Of a DNA stretch of 64,000 bases, positions 51,097 to 59,021 are shown piece by piece. The DNA is from Candidatus Omnitrophota bacterium. Its GTDB lineage: Bacteria; Omnitrophota; Gorgyraeia; Gygaellales; Profunditerraquicolaceae. The position numbers were made by a program, and so were the translations under genes. The DNA lies in assembly GCA_043813305.1 (NCBI GenBank), contig JBDRLC010000064.1, forward strand, positions 32,048 to 96,047, written 5' to 3'. Within the stretch, counting starts at the first letter, position 1, and each line of letters opens with the position of its first letter. The notes below the pieces were generated by a model. The model did no database searches. It was given only the letters and a program-made list of their open reading frames with translations, and had not been told where the DNA came from.

Positions 51097-52110
51097 ATGG
51101 TAAAAACTAGGATTATCTGCACAATTGGGCCGGCTAGTAGCAATGTAACCGCGCTTAGAAATATGATGCTGGCCGGCATGGATGTGGCCAGGCTTAATTT
51201 TTCTCATGGAAGTCATGCAGAGCATGGCAGGCGCATAGCAATAATCAGGCAATTAAACAAAAAATATAGACGTCATATAAGGATATTGCAGGATCTTGAA
51301 GGTTACCGCATCAGAGTGGGAAGATTGAAAAATAAAAAAGGGCTACAACTTAAAAAGAAACAAACAGTTTATTTGATTAATAAAAATATCTTAGGCGATA
51401 AGAACATTATACCCTTTGATTACGAAGGAAGTCTAAAGGATATAAAGCTTGGAAGCCAGATCTATATAGATGACGGTAATATCTGTCTTTACGTCGTAAG
51501 GAGAACAAAAAAATACCTTAAGTCCGAGGTAGTTATTCCGGGGATACTCAAGGAAAATAAGGGTATTAATATCCCCGGTGTTAACCTAAAATTTAAAGGG
51601 CTCACGGATAAAGATAGGCTGGATTTGGAGTTTGGTATAAAGAACAGGGTAGATTATATTGCCCAGTCTTTTGTCAAGAGTAAACAGGATATAATTCCGA
51701 TTATAAAGTTAGTTAAACATAAGCTTCCAAGTTGTAAGATAATCGCTAAGATTGAAAATCGGCAGGGTATCGAGCATATAGATGAGATAATATCTGCCTG
51801 TGATGGTATAATGATTGCGCGTGGAGACATGGGCGTATCAATTCCAATCTATGAGATTCCCATAGTGCAGAAGCGGATAATTAAAAAGTGCAATAAAGCA
51901 AAAAAATTTGTGATTACTGCAACACAGATGCTGGAGAGTATGGTTGATAATCTTAGGCCCACCAGGGCGGAAGTGACGGATGTGGCGAATGCAATTATCG
52001 ATGGGTCTGACTTTCTGATGCTTTCAGCCGAGACGGCAGCCGGCAAGCATCCTCTAGAGGCAGTAAAGATGATGAATCAGATAATCAAATTCACCGAATC
52101 ACAAAAATAA
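51097..52110 (+). CDS. pyk: Pyruvate kinase-like protein lacking the C-terminal (allosteric) domain
   Basis: 337 aa with [47 protein letters not shown] and [12 protein letters not shown]. It ends right after the A domain, and the DTKGPEIR motif is replaced by DLEGYRIR. Confidence 0.8.
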   Translation: MVKTRIICTIGPASSNVTALRNMMLAGMDVARLNFSHGSHAEHGRRIAIIRQLNKKYRRHIRILQDLEGYRIRVGRLKNKKGLQLKKKQTVYLINKNILGDKNIIPFDYEGSLKDIKLGSQIYIDDGNICLYVVRRTKKYLKSEVVIPGILKENKGINIPGVNLKFKGLTDKDRLDLEFGIKNRVDYIAQSFVKSKQDIIPIIKLVKHKLPSCKIIAKIENRQGIEHIDEIISACDGIMIARGDMGVSIPIYEIPIVQKRIIKKCNKAKKFVITATQMLESMVDNLRPTRAEVTDVANAIIDGSDFLMLSAETAAGKHPLEAVKMMNQIIKFTESQK

Positions 52111-52146
52111 ATATATGGACATATTGGATAGTATTAAGGAGGGGAT

Positions 52147-52416
52147 ATGGAGATAAGGATTGAAAAATTAAATCAGGAGGAAATTAATAAAAGGGGGATA
52201 AATTCCTGGCCGATATGGAAAAAGGAAGTCTCCCGTTTTGACTGGCACTATGATACCGTGGAAGAATGTTTATTGTTAGAAGGTAAAGTAAACGTAGAGA
52301 CTAAAGATGGTAAGATGGTATCTTTTGGCAAAGGGGACTTTGTTACTTTTCCAAAGGGCCTATCCTGTGTCTGGGATATCAAGCAGGCGGTGAGAAAGCA
52401 TTATAATTTTAAATAA
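52147..52416 (+). CDS. Small cupin-fold protein (cupin_3/DUF861-like)
   Basis: 89 aa with EECLLLEGKVNVETKDGKMVSFGKGDFVTFPKGLSCVWDI. Confidence 0.6.
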   Translation: MEIRIEKLNQEEINKRGINSWPIWKKEVSRFDWHYDTVEECLLLEGKVNVETKDGKMVSFGKGDFVTFPKGLSCVWDIKQAVRKHYNFK

Positions 52417-52419
52417 TAG

Positions 52420-53115
52420 ATGAAGAAGTTTATACCGATTTTATCGCTGGTTCTTTTATGCTTCTATATTGTAACGGCTAAGGCTGACATCCTGTATTTA
52501 GAAAACGGCAGAAAAATCGAAGGGTTGATAAAGAGCGAAAACGAACAATCTGTCGAGCTTGATATCGGGGAGGGGACGATTAGATTGCAAAAAAGTGAAA
52601 TCGCGGATATACAAAGATCAGACGTTAATCAGTCTGCTAGAATCCGTCAGCAGTGGAGAGAAGAAAAAAAAGCAGTTAAAAAAATAAAACCGCAGGAGAA
52701 GAAAGAAGAGCAAGTAAAGCCAAAAGATGTAGGGTTCTCTCATAGTGACAAAGGCATGGTAGTGGATGTGGTGCTAAATAATAGCGTGCAGGCTTTCTTG
52801 ATTCTGGACACAGGCTCTTCACTGGTTGTTTTATCAAAAAATGTTTCTGATAGATTAGGTTTGGACTTACGCAGGATCAGGCCGGAGGGGGAATTAATTC
52901 TCGCCGATGGCAAAAAGGCCCGGGCAAAATACCTGGTATTAAAGACTGTGACTACCCATGGAGTGGAAGCAAAAAACGTAGAAGCGGCAATCTTGATCGA
53001 TGACTCCCCGGATATTAATTTTGGAGACGGACTATTAGGTATGTCGTTCTTAAAAAGATTTAATTTTAAGGTTGACCAGAAAAATAAGAGATTGATTTTA
53101 GAGAAGATACCATAA
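52420..53115 (+). CDS. Secreted retropepsin-like (clan AA) aspartic protease
   Basis: Signal peptide (VTAKA|D), K/E-rich linker, LILDTGSS active-site motif and GLLGMSFL flap-like motif. Confidence 0.7.
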   Translation: MKKFIPILSLVLLCFYIVTAKADILYLENGRKIEGLIKSENEQSVELDIGEGTIRLQKSEIADIQRSDVNQSARIRQQWREEKKAVKKIKPQEKKEEQVKPKDVGFSHSDKGMVVDVVLNNSVQAFLILDTGSSLVVLSKNVSDRLGLDLRRIRPEGELILADGKKARAKYLVLKTVTTHGVEAKNVEAAILIDDSPDINFGDGLLGMSFLKRFNFKVDQKNKRLILEKIP

Positions 53116-53531
53116 TGAAATCCTATACAAAATATCTCTGGTTAAATACTAAGCAGCGTCAGGAGTTTGTCAATATAACCGGCCAGGTCGAGGAGGTGCT
53201 TAGAGAGAGCAAGATAGAAGAAGGGCTATGCCTGGTAAATACAATGCATATCACTGCCAGTATATTTATTAATGATGATGAAGATGGATTGCATCGGGAT
53301 TTTACACATTGGTTAGAAGAATTAGCACCCTATGCAAAAGTTAAATACCAGCATAATTTAACCGGTGAAGATAATGCAGACGCCCATTTAAAAAGGACGA
53401 TTATGGGCAGGGAAGTAGTGGTGGCGGTCACCAATGGCAAATTGGATTTTGGGCCATGGGAGCAGATATTTTACGGAGAGTTCGACGGCCAGCGTAGAAA
53501 AAGAATACTGATTAAGATTATCGGAGAATAA
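53115..53531 (+). CDS. yjbQ: YjbQ/UPF0047 family protein
   Basis: 138 aa with FVNITGQV..., [12 protein letters not shown] and NADAHLK. Confidence 0.8.
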   Translation: MKSYTKYLWLNTKQRQEFVNITGQVEEVLRESKIEEGLCLVNTMHITASIFINDDEDGLHRDFTHWLEELAPYAKVKYQHNLTGEDNADAHLKRTIMGREVVVAVTNGKLDFGPWEQIFYGEFDGQRRKRILIKIIGE

Positions 53532-53532
53532 G

Positions 53533-54519
53533 TTGAGGATAAGAGATACCGAGATCAAAGTGGTAAAGGGGGATATTACGGAATTAGAAGTAGGCGCTAT
53601 TGTGAATGCCGCTAATAATCAATTATTAATGGGTGGAGGAGTGGCCAAAGCAATAAAGAAAAAAGGCGGTAAGGCGATAGAAGAGGAGGCGGTAAGTAAG
53701 GGGCCGATTGAGATTGGAGAGTCTATATTTACCTCAGCAGGGAACCTCAAAGCAAAATACGTGATTCATGCCGCGACTATGGGTGTTCCTGCCTGCCGCC
53801 TGCCTGACGGCAGTCAGGGCAAGGCAGGGATTTTGCAGACCGACGAACTAAAAATCAGGAATTCCTGTAGGAGTTCCTTAAGAATAGCAGAGGACTTAAA
53901 AATTAACTCTATTGCCTTTCCTGCTTTAGGTTGCGGTGTGGGAGGATTCCCGCTTTTGGCCGCAGCGAAAATCATATCCCAGGAGATATTAAAGCACCTG
54001 CGCCAGAAGAAGACAGAATTAAAGGAGATTATTATCTGCCTCTATAATCAAGAGGCCTTTGAAGTATTTAACCGGGGAGTTATCAGCTATATTAATTATA
54101 TGACTGAAAAGCTCCAGAGCGGACCATTTACCACTGTAGACGCTATTATCGAGATTGACAATGGGATTGTATTAGTCCAAAGAAGTAATCCACCTTTTGG
54201 TTGGGCGCTCCCTGGAGGATTTGTTGATTACGGAGAGAGTTTAGAGGACGCTGTTACCAGAGAGACAAAGGAAGAAACAAACTTGGAGATAACTGAGTTA
54301 AAGCAATTCCATACCTATTCTGATCCCCGGCGGGATCCCCGCTTTCATACTATAGGTACTGTATTTATTACTAAAGTCAAAGGTCAGCCAAAAGCAGGTG
54401 ATGATGCCGCTTCTCTTAAGATTGCGAAGATCAGCGAATTAGGGAAGCTGGAATTTGCCTTTGACCATAAACAGATAATAAATGATTATTTAGAATATAA
54501 AAAAAAGGCGATGTTTTAA
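53533..54519 (+). CDS. Macro domain :: Nudix hydrolase fusion (ADP-ribose processing)
   Basis: TTG start. Macro domain: KGDITELEVGAIVNAANN, GGGVAKAI, VIHAA, ALGCGVGGFP. Nudix box: GGFVDYGESLEDAVTRETKEETNL. Has an in-frame GC-rich palindrome at 53788-53829. Confidence 0.85.
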   Translation: MRIRDTEIKVVKGDITELEVGAIVNAANNQLLMGGGVAKAIKKKGGKAIEEEAVSKGPIEIGESIFTSAGNLKAKYVIHAATMGVPACRLPDGSQGKAGILQTDELKIRNSCRSSLRIAEDLKINSIAFPALGCGVGGFPLLAAAKIISQEILKHLRQKKTELKEIIICLYNQEAFEVFNRGVISYINYMTEKLQSGPFTTVDAIIEIDNGIVLVQRSNPPFGWALPGGFVDYGESLEDAVTRETKEETNLEITELKQFHTYSDPRRDPRFHTIGTVFITKVKGQPKAGDDAASLKIAKISELGKLEFAFDHKQIINDYLEYKKKAMF

Positions 54520-54520
54520 G

Positions 54521-55540
54521 ATGATCATTAAATTCACCCGGCAATTTTTTATTCTGATGAAGGCAGGGATCCCGCTCCTAAGGACCCTGAAGGTTATTCA
54601 CTCTCAGTTACCAAAGGGCAGATTTAAGAATGATATAGAGAAGGTAATCTTAGGCGTGCAGGAGGGCAGGAGTCTATCGGAGTCTCTGGCTGAGGCTTCG
54701 CGGTTTTTTTCTTTATTTTATATAAATATGATCAAGGCCGCTGAAATTAGCGGCAACTTAGTTGCTATCTCAAAGGAGCTTTCAGATTTTCTCAGTCGGC
54801 AACGCAGGATTACTAAATCCGTTCAGACGGCTTTGATGTATCCGGTCCTGGTTCTGATAGTGGCAATAGTTATATTGATAGTATTGTTTACTTTTATTAT
54901 CCCGGTATTCGTAAGGATCTTTGAGGACCTGGGGGGCAGCCTGCCGCCGGCAACACTATTTCTCATCGGATTAAGCAAATTTACGGTTAATTGGGGCTGG
55001 ACAATATTGCTTACAGGATTTATTATTACATTCTCATTTTTCCTGCTCTCCCGTCAGGCCTCCGGTAAATATATCATTAATCAGATAGCCTGGCGGATAC
55101 CATTATTCGGCAGGGTAACAAAAACAGTCCATATCGCCAGATTCTGCCGGGTGCTGGGAACTCTCCTTTCTTCGGGAGTAAATCTGACCAGTAGCCTGTC
55201 AGTCCTTGAGGACGCAAGTACTTCTGTAATGTTAAGCCGCGCGATCTCTGATATCAGGTTTAAGCTTGAGCAGGGGGATAGTCTTTCAAAGAGCATGAAA
55301 GAGTGCAGTCTTTTCCCTTTGACTTTGGTTGAAATGATCCAGGTCGGTGAAGAGAGCGGAAAGATCTCTGATATGTTTGCGGATGCCGCAGAAGATTACG
55401 AAGAGGAAGTTACTTTTGCCGTAACCGGGTTCCTCTCTGTTCTTGAACCGCTTCTTATCTTAATCATGGGCGGGATTATCGGGTTTATTGTGATTGCGCT
55501 GTTCTTCCCGATCTTTACCATGAGCACTTTGATTAAATAA
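54521..55540 (+). CDS. PilC/GspF-family platform protein, short form (locus 2)
   Basis: 339 aa. It begins directly in the first T2SSF domain (FTRQFFILMKAGIPLLRTL). A second T2SSF domain (ARFCRVLGTLLSSGVNLTSSL) and three TM helices follow. Confidence 0.85.
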   Translation: MIIKFTRQFFILMKAGIPLLRTLKVIHSQLPKGRFKNDIEKVILGVQEGRSLSESLAEASRFFSLFYINMIKAAEISGNLVAISKELSDFLSRQRRITKSVQTALMYPVLVLIVAIVILIVLFTFIIPVFVRIFEDLGGSLPPATLFLIGLSKFTVNWGWTILLTGFIITFSFFLLSRQASGKYIINQIAWRIPLFGRVTKTVHIARFCRVLGTLLSSGVNLTSSLSVLEDASTSVMLSRAISDIRFKLEQGDSLSKSMKECSLFPLTLVEMIQVGEESGKISDMFADAAEDYEEEVTFAVTGFLSVLEPLLILIMGGIIGFIVIALFFPIFTMSTLIK

Positions 55541-55548
55541 TTATGAAA

Positions 55549-55664
55549 AGCTAGTAATTAGGTAAGGGTAAAGATGCCGGTATGGTTGTTAGGTAAGGTA
55601 GTTGGTGAATTTAGACCTAACCCTAACCAAACTACCAAACCGGCTTCCTAACCTTAACCCAGCT
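55549..55664. repeat. Family-C long imperfect palindrome (copy C2)
   Basis: AGGTAAGGGTAAAGATGCCGGTATGGTTGTTAGGTAAGGTAGTTGGTG-loop-GACCTAACCCTAACCAAACTACCAAACCGGCTTCCTAACCTTAACCC, collinear with C1. Confidence 0.75.
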
Positions 55665-55679
55665 ACAAGCAGTTAATAT

Positions 55680-56039
55680 ATGAATAAAAAACACGGATTT
55701 ACTTTAATAGAGATACTGATTGCTTTATTAATCTTCGGCTTGGGGGTAGTGATTTTGTTTAATCTTTTCCCCTTAAGTTTTCAGGCATTTTCTTACAGCC
55801 GGAAATTACAGGATGTTTCTCTTTTGGCGCAGAAGAAATTCGAAGAACTCAAATCAAGCCGGGATCTAACCGAAGTTCAAAGCAGCCAAAAAGACGGGGA
55901 TTTAGAGTGGAGTATTAAGATCGGCCCGGTTGATCCGGGCGGGGACGCTAGTTTGATGTTAGTCGAGTTAAATATAGAATTCGATTTCCAAGGCAAGACG
56001 CATAGTGAAAGATTTGTCACATATTTATCCAATGAATAA
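55680..56039 (+). CDS. Pseudopilin (GspI-like), prepilin-type N-terminus
   Basis: MNKKHG|FTLIEILIALLIFGLGV. 119 aa. Confidence 0.75.
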   Translation: MNKKHGFTLIEILIALLIFGLGVVILFNLFPLSFQAFSYSRKLQDVSLLAQKKFEELKSSRDLTEVQSSQKDGDLEWSIKIGPVDPGGDASLMLVELNIEFDFQGKTHSERFVTYLSNE

Positions 56040-58719
56040 CAGGTCTCAGGCGTTAGTAATCGTAATCAGTTTTCTGGGGATGCTTTCTCTTATCGGAGTT
56101 GCTTTTTTCTCTCTTTCTCAGGCTCAAAGGTCATCCAGCGTCCATGAGCTCAACCGTGTAAAGTCGCTCTACTTAGCCGAAGCAGGCATAAACTATACAA
56201 AGCGCGTTCTAGAGCTGGATAGGCAGGATAACCGTATAGACTCTAAAGCAGATATAATCTTTAAGCACTTTCAGGGTGAAGAAGCGGACCTGAATCATGA
56301 CGGCAAAAAAGAGAGCAAATGGTTCTATGTCCTTGATTCCGAAGGAAAGACCTTTGGCCGCTTCGGAATACGCATACTTGATGAAGCTTCCAAGGTCAAT
56401 GTTAATAGCGTAGAATTATCGACTTTTGATAGACTGCTTTCTCAAGTAGGCATAGAGGGCAAGGAAGCTAGTTCAATATATTCTAAGCGTCCGTTCAGCG
56501 TCATAGAAGAGATAGGTTCAGTCCTGGATAGGGATGAATTCAATAAGCTCGAAGATTTCATCACTATCTATTCCCAGGATAGCGAGGTAGATCTCAATAG
56601 AAACAGAAGACACTATTTAAACTCTTTAAACGTACAGTTGATTCTGGAAGGATTCTTGAGGCAGGGTGTCAAAGATGCCTACCAGAAAGCAGCGATCTTA
56701 AAAGATGCTTCTGATGCGGACCTTAGACAAACGATACTGGATAAATTCCATTCGGGCAGCCTTACTCCTTCCGGCATCTCTGAATCCGGAGGCTGGATAA
56801 ATAGAGGCACTTATTTTGAGGCGCCTGTAGGTGGCAGTTTTGGCAGGTTCATCTGGTCTAATCTAGGGGTAGAGGACGGGGAATATTTCTGTTTTCTATA
56901 CGGCACTGAGAGTTCGGATGTGGTGGGTGAGATAATCGGCGTGCCTATTTTTTCCGGAGAGGGCCTGATTGATAAAGTTATCGTCAGCGGCGGTTCATTT
57001 ACGCTTGATATTACCCCTGCGCAGGATGCAAACAGTAAATTTTCATATATTGATCTGGTGAGTACCTCCCAAAAGAATGGTCTTAAGAAGCAAGTTATCA
57101 CCGGAAGCGAAGGGCTGGTAATAAATGAATTGATGGTTAAACTTATTCAGGAATTAACCGTAGACCTGCCAATAATTGATCCGGGCGAGAGTTTGGCGCA
57201 TACCTTTAGCGATATTCAACCTGGGTTTTATTATTTAAAGGTTTTAGCCAAACAGACCGGAGGCCTTGTCGGAGATGTTACGGTTAAAAATAAAACTGCG
57301 GGGGATTTACGCGATAATGAGTATTTCCCGTATTCTGTAGAAGTCGGACAGGATCAGGAATTAAAATTAATGATTAAAAATAATTCTTATGAGAGTTCCG
57401 GATTAAAAGGGATAAGTCTTTCCCAGCAGCCGGATGCTGAATTTATTGAGATTTTAAATATCACTCCCTCTGAAATCGATTTATCTAATTTTTCCCTGGA
57501 AGTTTACACTGATGATGATCAGCTTGTTGCCGGCTGGCCGGGAATCATTCCTGAAGGAACAAGAATCCAGGCCTACCAGCACCTAGTTTTAAATGTTGAC
57601 GATGCAGATACATCTCTCTCACCGGAAAACTTAAGGAATAATAAGATTTCTTTTAAGCAGAGCTGGCGCTTTAACGGCATAGGTTTAAACTTTCAGGATT
57701 ATTCTGACACTATAGATAAAAGTTTTGACCTTATCCCTGATGGCGGAGGTAAGGTGATTCTAAAAGATGTTTATGGAAAGAGGGTTGATGCCGTGGAATA
57801 TTCAGGCTCTCAGGTGCCTGCTTTTAAAAGTATTGAAAGGCCTGATCCTACGCTTAAAAGTGACCAGGATCAGGATGGCTTATTTGACGGCTGGAATTTC
57901 TCTGAAGATAAAGATAGGGCGACGCCTAAATTGACTAATGAGAATAGTGGAATGTACACTAGGGAGGGGAATAGGTTAGTTAAACACAGTCCCAGCGAAA
58001 TAACGATCTTTAATCGTCCGCTCTTGGGATTAAAGGAAGTAATGGAGCTGCCTACAGGTGAAAGCTGGGAAGAATTCGTGATCTCTGATCTGGCAAGGAT
58101 CTGCGATGCGTACGCTTACGAACTGGATAGTTTTATATTAGACGCTAAACTCCTTGATTCTAAAGGAGATAGAGAAATTATACAAATTAATAATATCTCA
58201 CCGGGTTCTTACTGGCTATCTATAACAGCGGTTGATTCAGAAGCAGCTCAATTCACCGTCTCCTATAAAAAAGATACGCAGGAAGAGTTTCAGCAGCCGT
58301 CTTCTTTAGTTATTTCAGACGGTATAGCTGATTATGGGAAGATAGAGTTGGATGCCGAAGAAGAGTATAATCTACAATTAGAGGTGATTAATACTTTGGG
58401 TAAGAAGCTCAATCTAAATAAGATAATACTTGAGCCTGTAGCCTTTGAACCGGGAAGGATAAATTTAAACACAGCTGAAGCCGAAGTCCTACGAAGCGTG
58501 CTTAATTCGGAACACTTAGTGCTAAAGATTTTAGAGAATAGGCCTCTGGGAGAAGCATTAGGAGTAGGAGAGCTGTTGCTTTTAGATACCGGATTTCTTC
58601 CGCTTTATAATATATTCACCGTAAAATCAGATATATTCGGGATTGAATGCATAGGTGCATATATATCCTTAGAAAAACCCCTGTCCCCGCAAACTATCCG
58701 CTCCGTAATCAGAAGATAG
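56032..58719 (+). CDS. Giant GspK-like minor pseudopilin carrying an embedded lamin-tail-domain (LTD)-like module
   Basis: Preferred start is ATG 56032 (ATGAATAA overlap). GspK-type N-terminus (RSQALVIVISFLGMLSLIGVAFFSL, LYLAEAGI, ILDEASKVNVNS) and C-terminus (GRINLNTAEAEVLRSV...FTVKSDIFGIE). LTD-like motifs in the middle (LVINELM ... EFIEILNITPSEIDLSNFSL ... GGKVILKDVYGKRVDAVEY). Confidence 0.65.
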   Translation: MNNRSQALVIVISFLGMLSLIGVAFFSLSQAQRSSSVHELNRVKSLYLAEAGINYTKRVLELDRQDNRIDSKADIIFKHFQGEEADLNHDGKKESKWFYVLDSEGKTFGRFGIRILDEASKVNVNSVELSTFDRLLSQVGIEGKEASSIYSKRPFSVIEEIGSVLDRDEFNKLEDFITIYSQDSEVDLNRNRRHYLNSLNVQLILEGFLRQGVKDAYQKAAILKDASDADLRQTILDKFHSGSLTPSGISESGGWINRGTYFEAPVGGSFGRFIWSNLGVEDGEYFCFLYGTESSDVVGEIIGVPIFSGEGLIDKVIVSGGSFTLDITPAQDANSKFSYIDLVSTSQKNGLKKQVITGSEGLVINELMVKLIQELTVDLPIIDPGESLAHTFSDIQPGFYYLKVLAKQTGGLVGDVTVKNKTAGDLRDNEYFPYSVEVGQDQELKLMIKNNSYESSGLKGISLSQQPDAEFIEILNITPSEIDLSNFSLEVYTDDDQLVAGWPGIIPEGTRIQAYQHLVLNVDDADTSLSPENLRNNKISFKQSWRFNGIGLNFQDYSDTIDKSFDLIPDGGGKVILKDVYGKRVDAVEYSGSQVPAFKSIERPDPTLKSDQDQDGLFDGWNFSEDKDRATPKLTNENSGMYTREGNRLVKHSPSEITIFNRPLLGLKEVMELPTGESWEEFVISDLARICDAYAYELDSFILDAKLLDSKGDREIIQINNISPGSYWLSITAVDSEAAQFTVSYKKDTQEEFQQPSSLVISDGIADYGKIELDAEEEYNLQLEVINTLGKKLNLNKIILEPVAFEPGRINLNTAEAEVLRSVLNSEHLVLKILENRPLGEALGVGELLLLDTGFLPLYNIFTVKSDIFGIECIGAYISLEKPLSPQTIRSVIRR

Positions 58720-58726
58720 AAAATAC

Positions 58727-58790
58727 TTGACAAACCCTTGCTTTTAGTATCAAATATATACTAATATATACAAAGTATATCAGTATATAT
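58727..58790 (+). promoter_or_regulatory. TTGACA box plus an AT-rich array of short direct/inverted repeats upstream of the MerR-like gene
   Basis: TTGACA at 58727-32. Inverted repeat TAGTAT(58745-50)/ATACTA(58758-63). Direct repeat AATATATAC x2 (58753-61, 58763-71). Inverted repeat ATATAC/GTATAT (58766-80). AGTATAT x2 (58774-80, 58782-88). Confidence 0.4.
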
Positions 58791-58828
58791 AATAACCTAC
58801 CACGCCACGGCAAAAAGGAGGATGAGAT

Positions 58829-59011
58829 ATGGGTAAGTCCATTTATGCTGCGCAGGAAATAGCAGACATCTTGGGCATATCAAAGCAGACCCTCTTGCGC
58901 TACGAGAAGAGAAAGATCTTCCCGCGACCCCGCAGGAATCCGATTAATAAACACCGGGAATATAGTCCCGATGATCTTTCTCGATTGAAAAAAATATTAG
59001 GCAGGGCTTAA
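58829..59011 (+). CDS. MerR-family HTH-only DNA-binding protein
   Basis: 60 aa. AQEIADILGISKQTLLRYEKRKIFPRPRRNPINKHREYSPDDLSRLKKIL matches the MerR N-terminal wHTH pattern (..TLRYYE..GL..P.R...GYR.Y...DL..L..I). No dimerisation or effector region. Confidence 0.7.
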   Translation: MGKSIYAAQEIADILGISKQTLLRYEKRKIFPRPRRNPINKHREYSPDDLSRLKKILGRA

Positions 59012-59021
59012 GAGGAGCGTT

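Noticed and set aside
50452-51252. 266-aa ORF on the - strand
   Set aside because: It is antisense to the CCA/poly(A) polymerase gene and the pyk start. It has no motifs and is a shadow ORF of a well-supported + strand gene.
53533-54519. DarG-like antitoxin (macro domain) of a DarTG toxin-antitoxin system
   Set aside because: No DarT-like ADP-ribosyltransferase is adjacent. The macro domain is fused to a Nudix hydrolase and flanked by housekeeping genes.
58829-59011. Excisionase (Xis) marking a prophage or integrative element
   Set aside because: There is no integrase, no att repeats and no phage genes nearby. The sequence pattern fits the MerR wHTH better, and the gene is embedded in a pilus operon.
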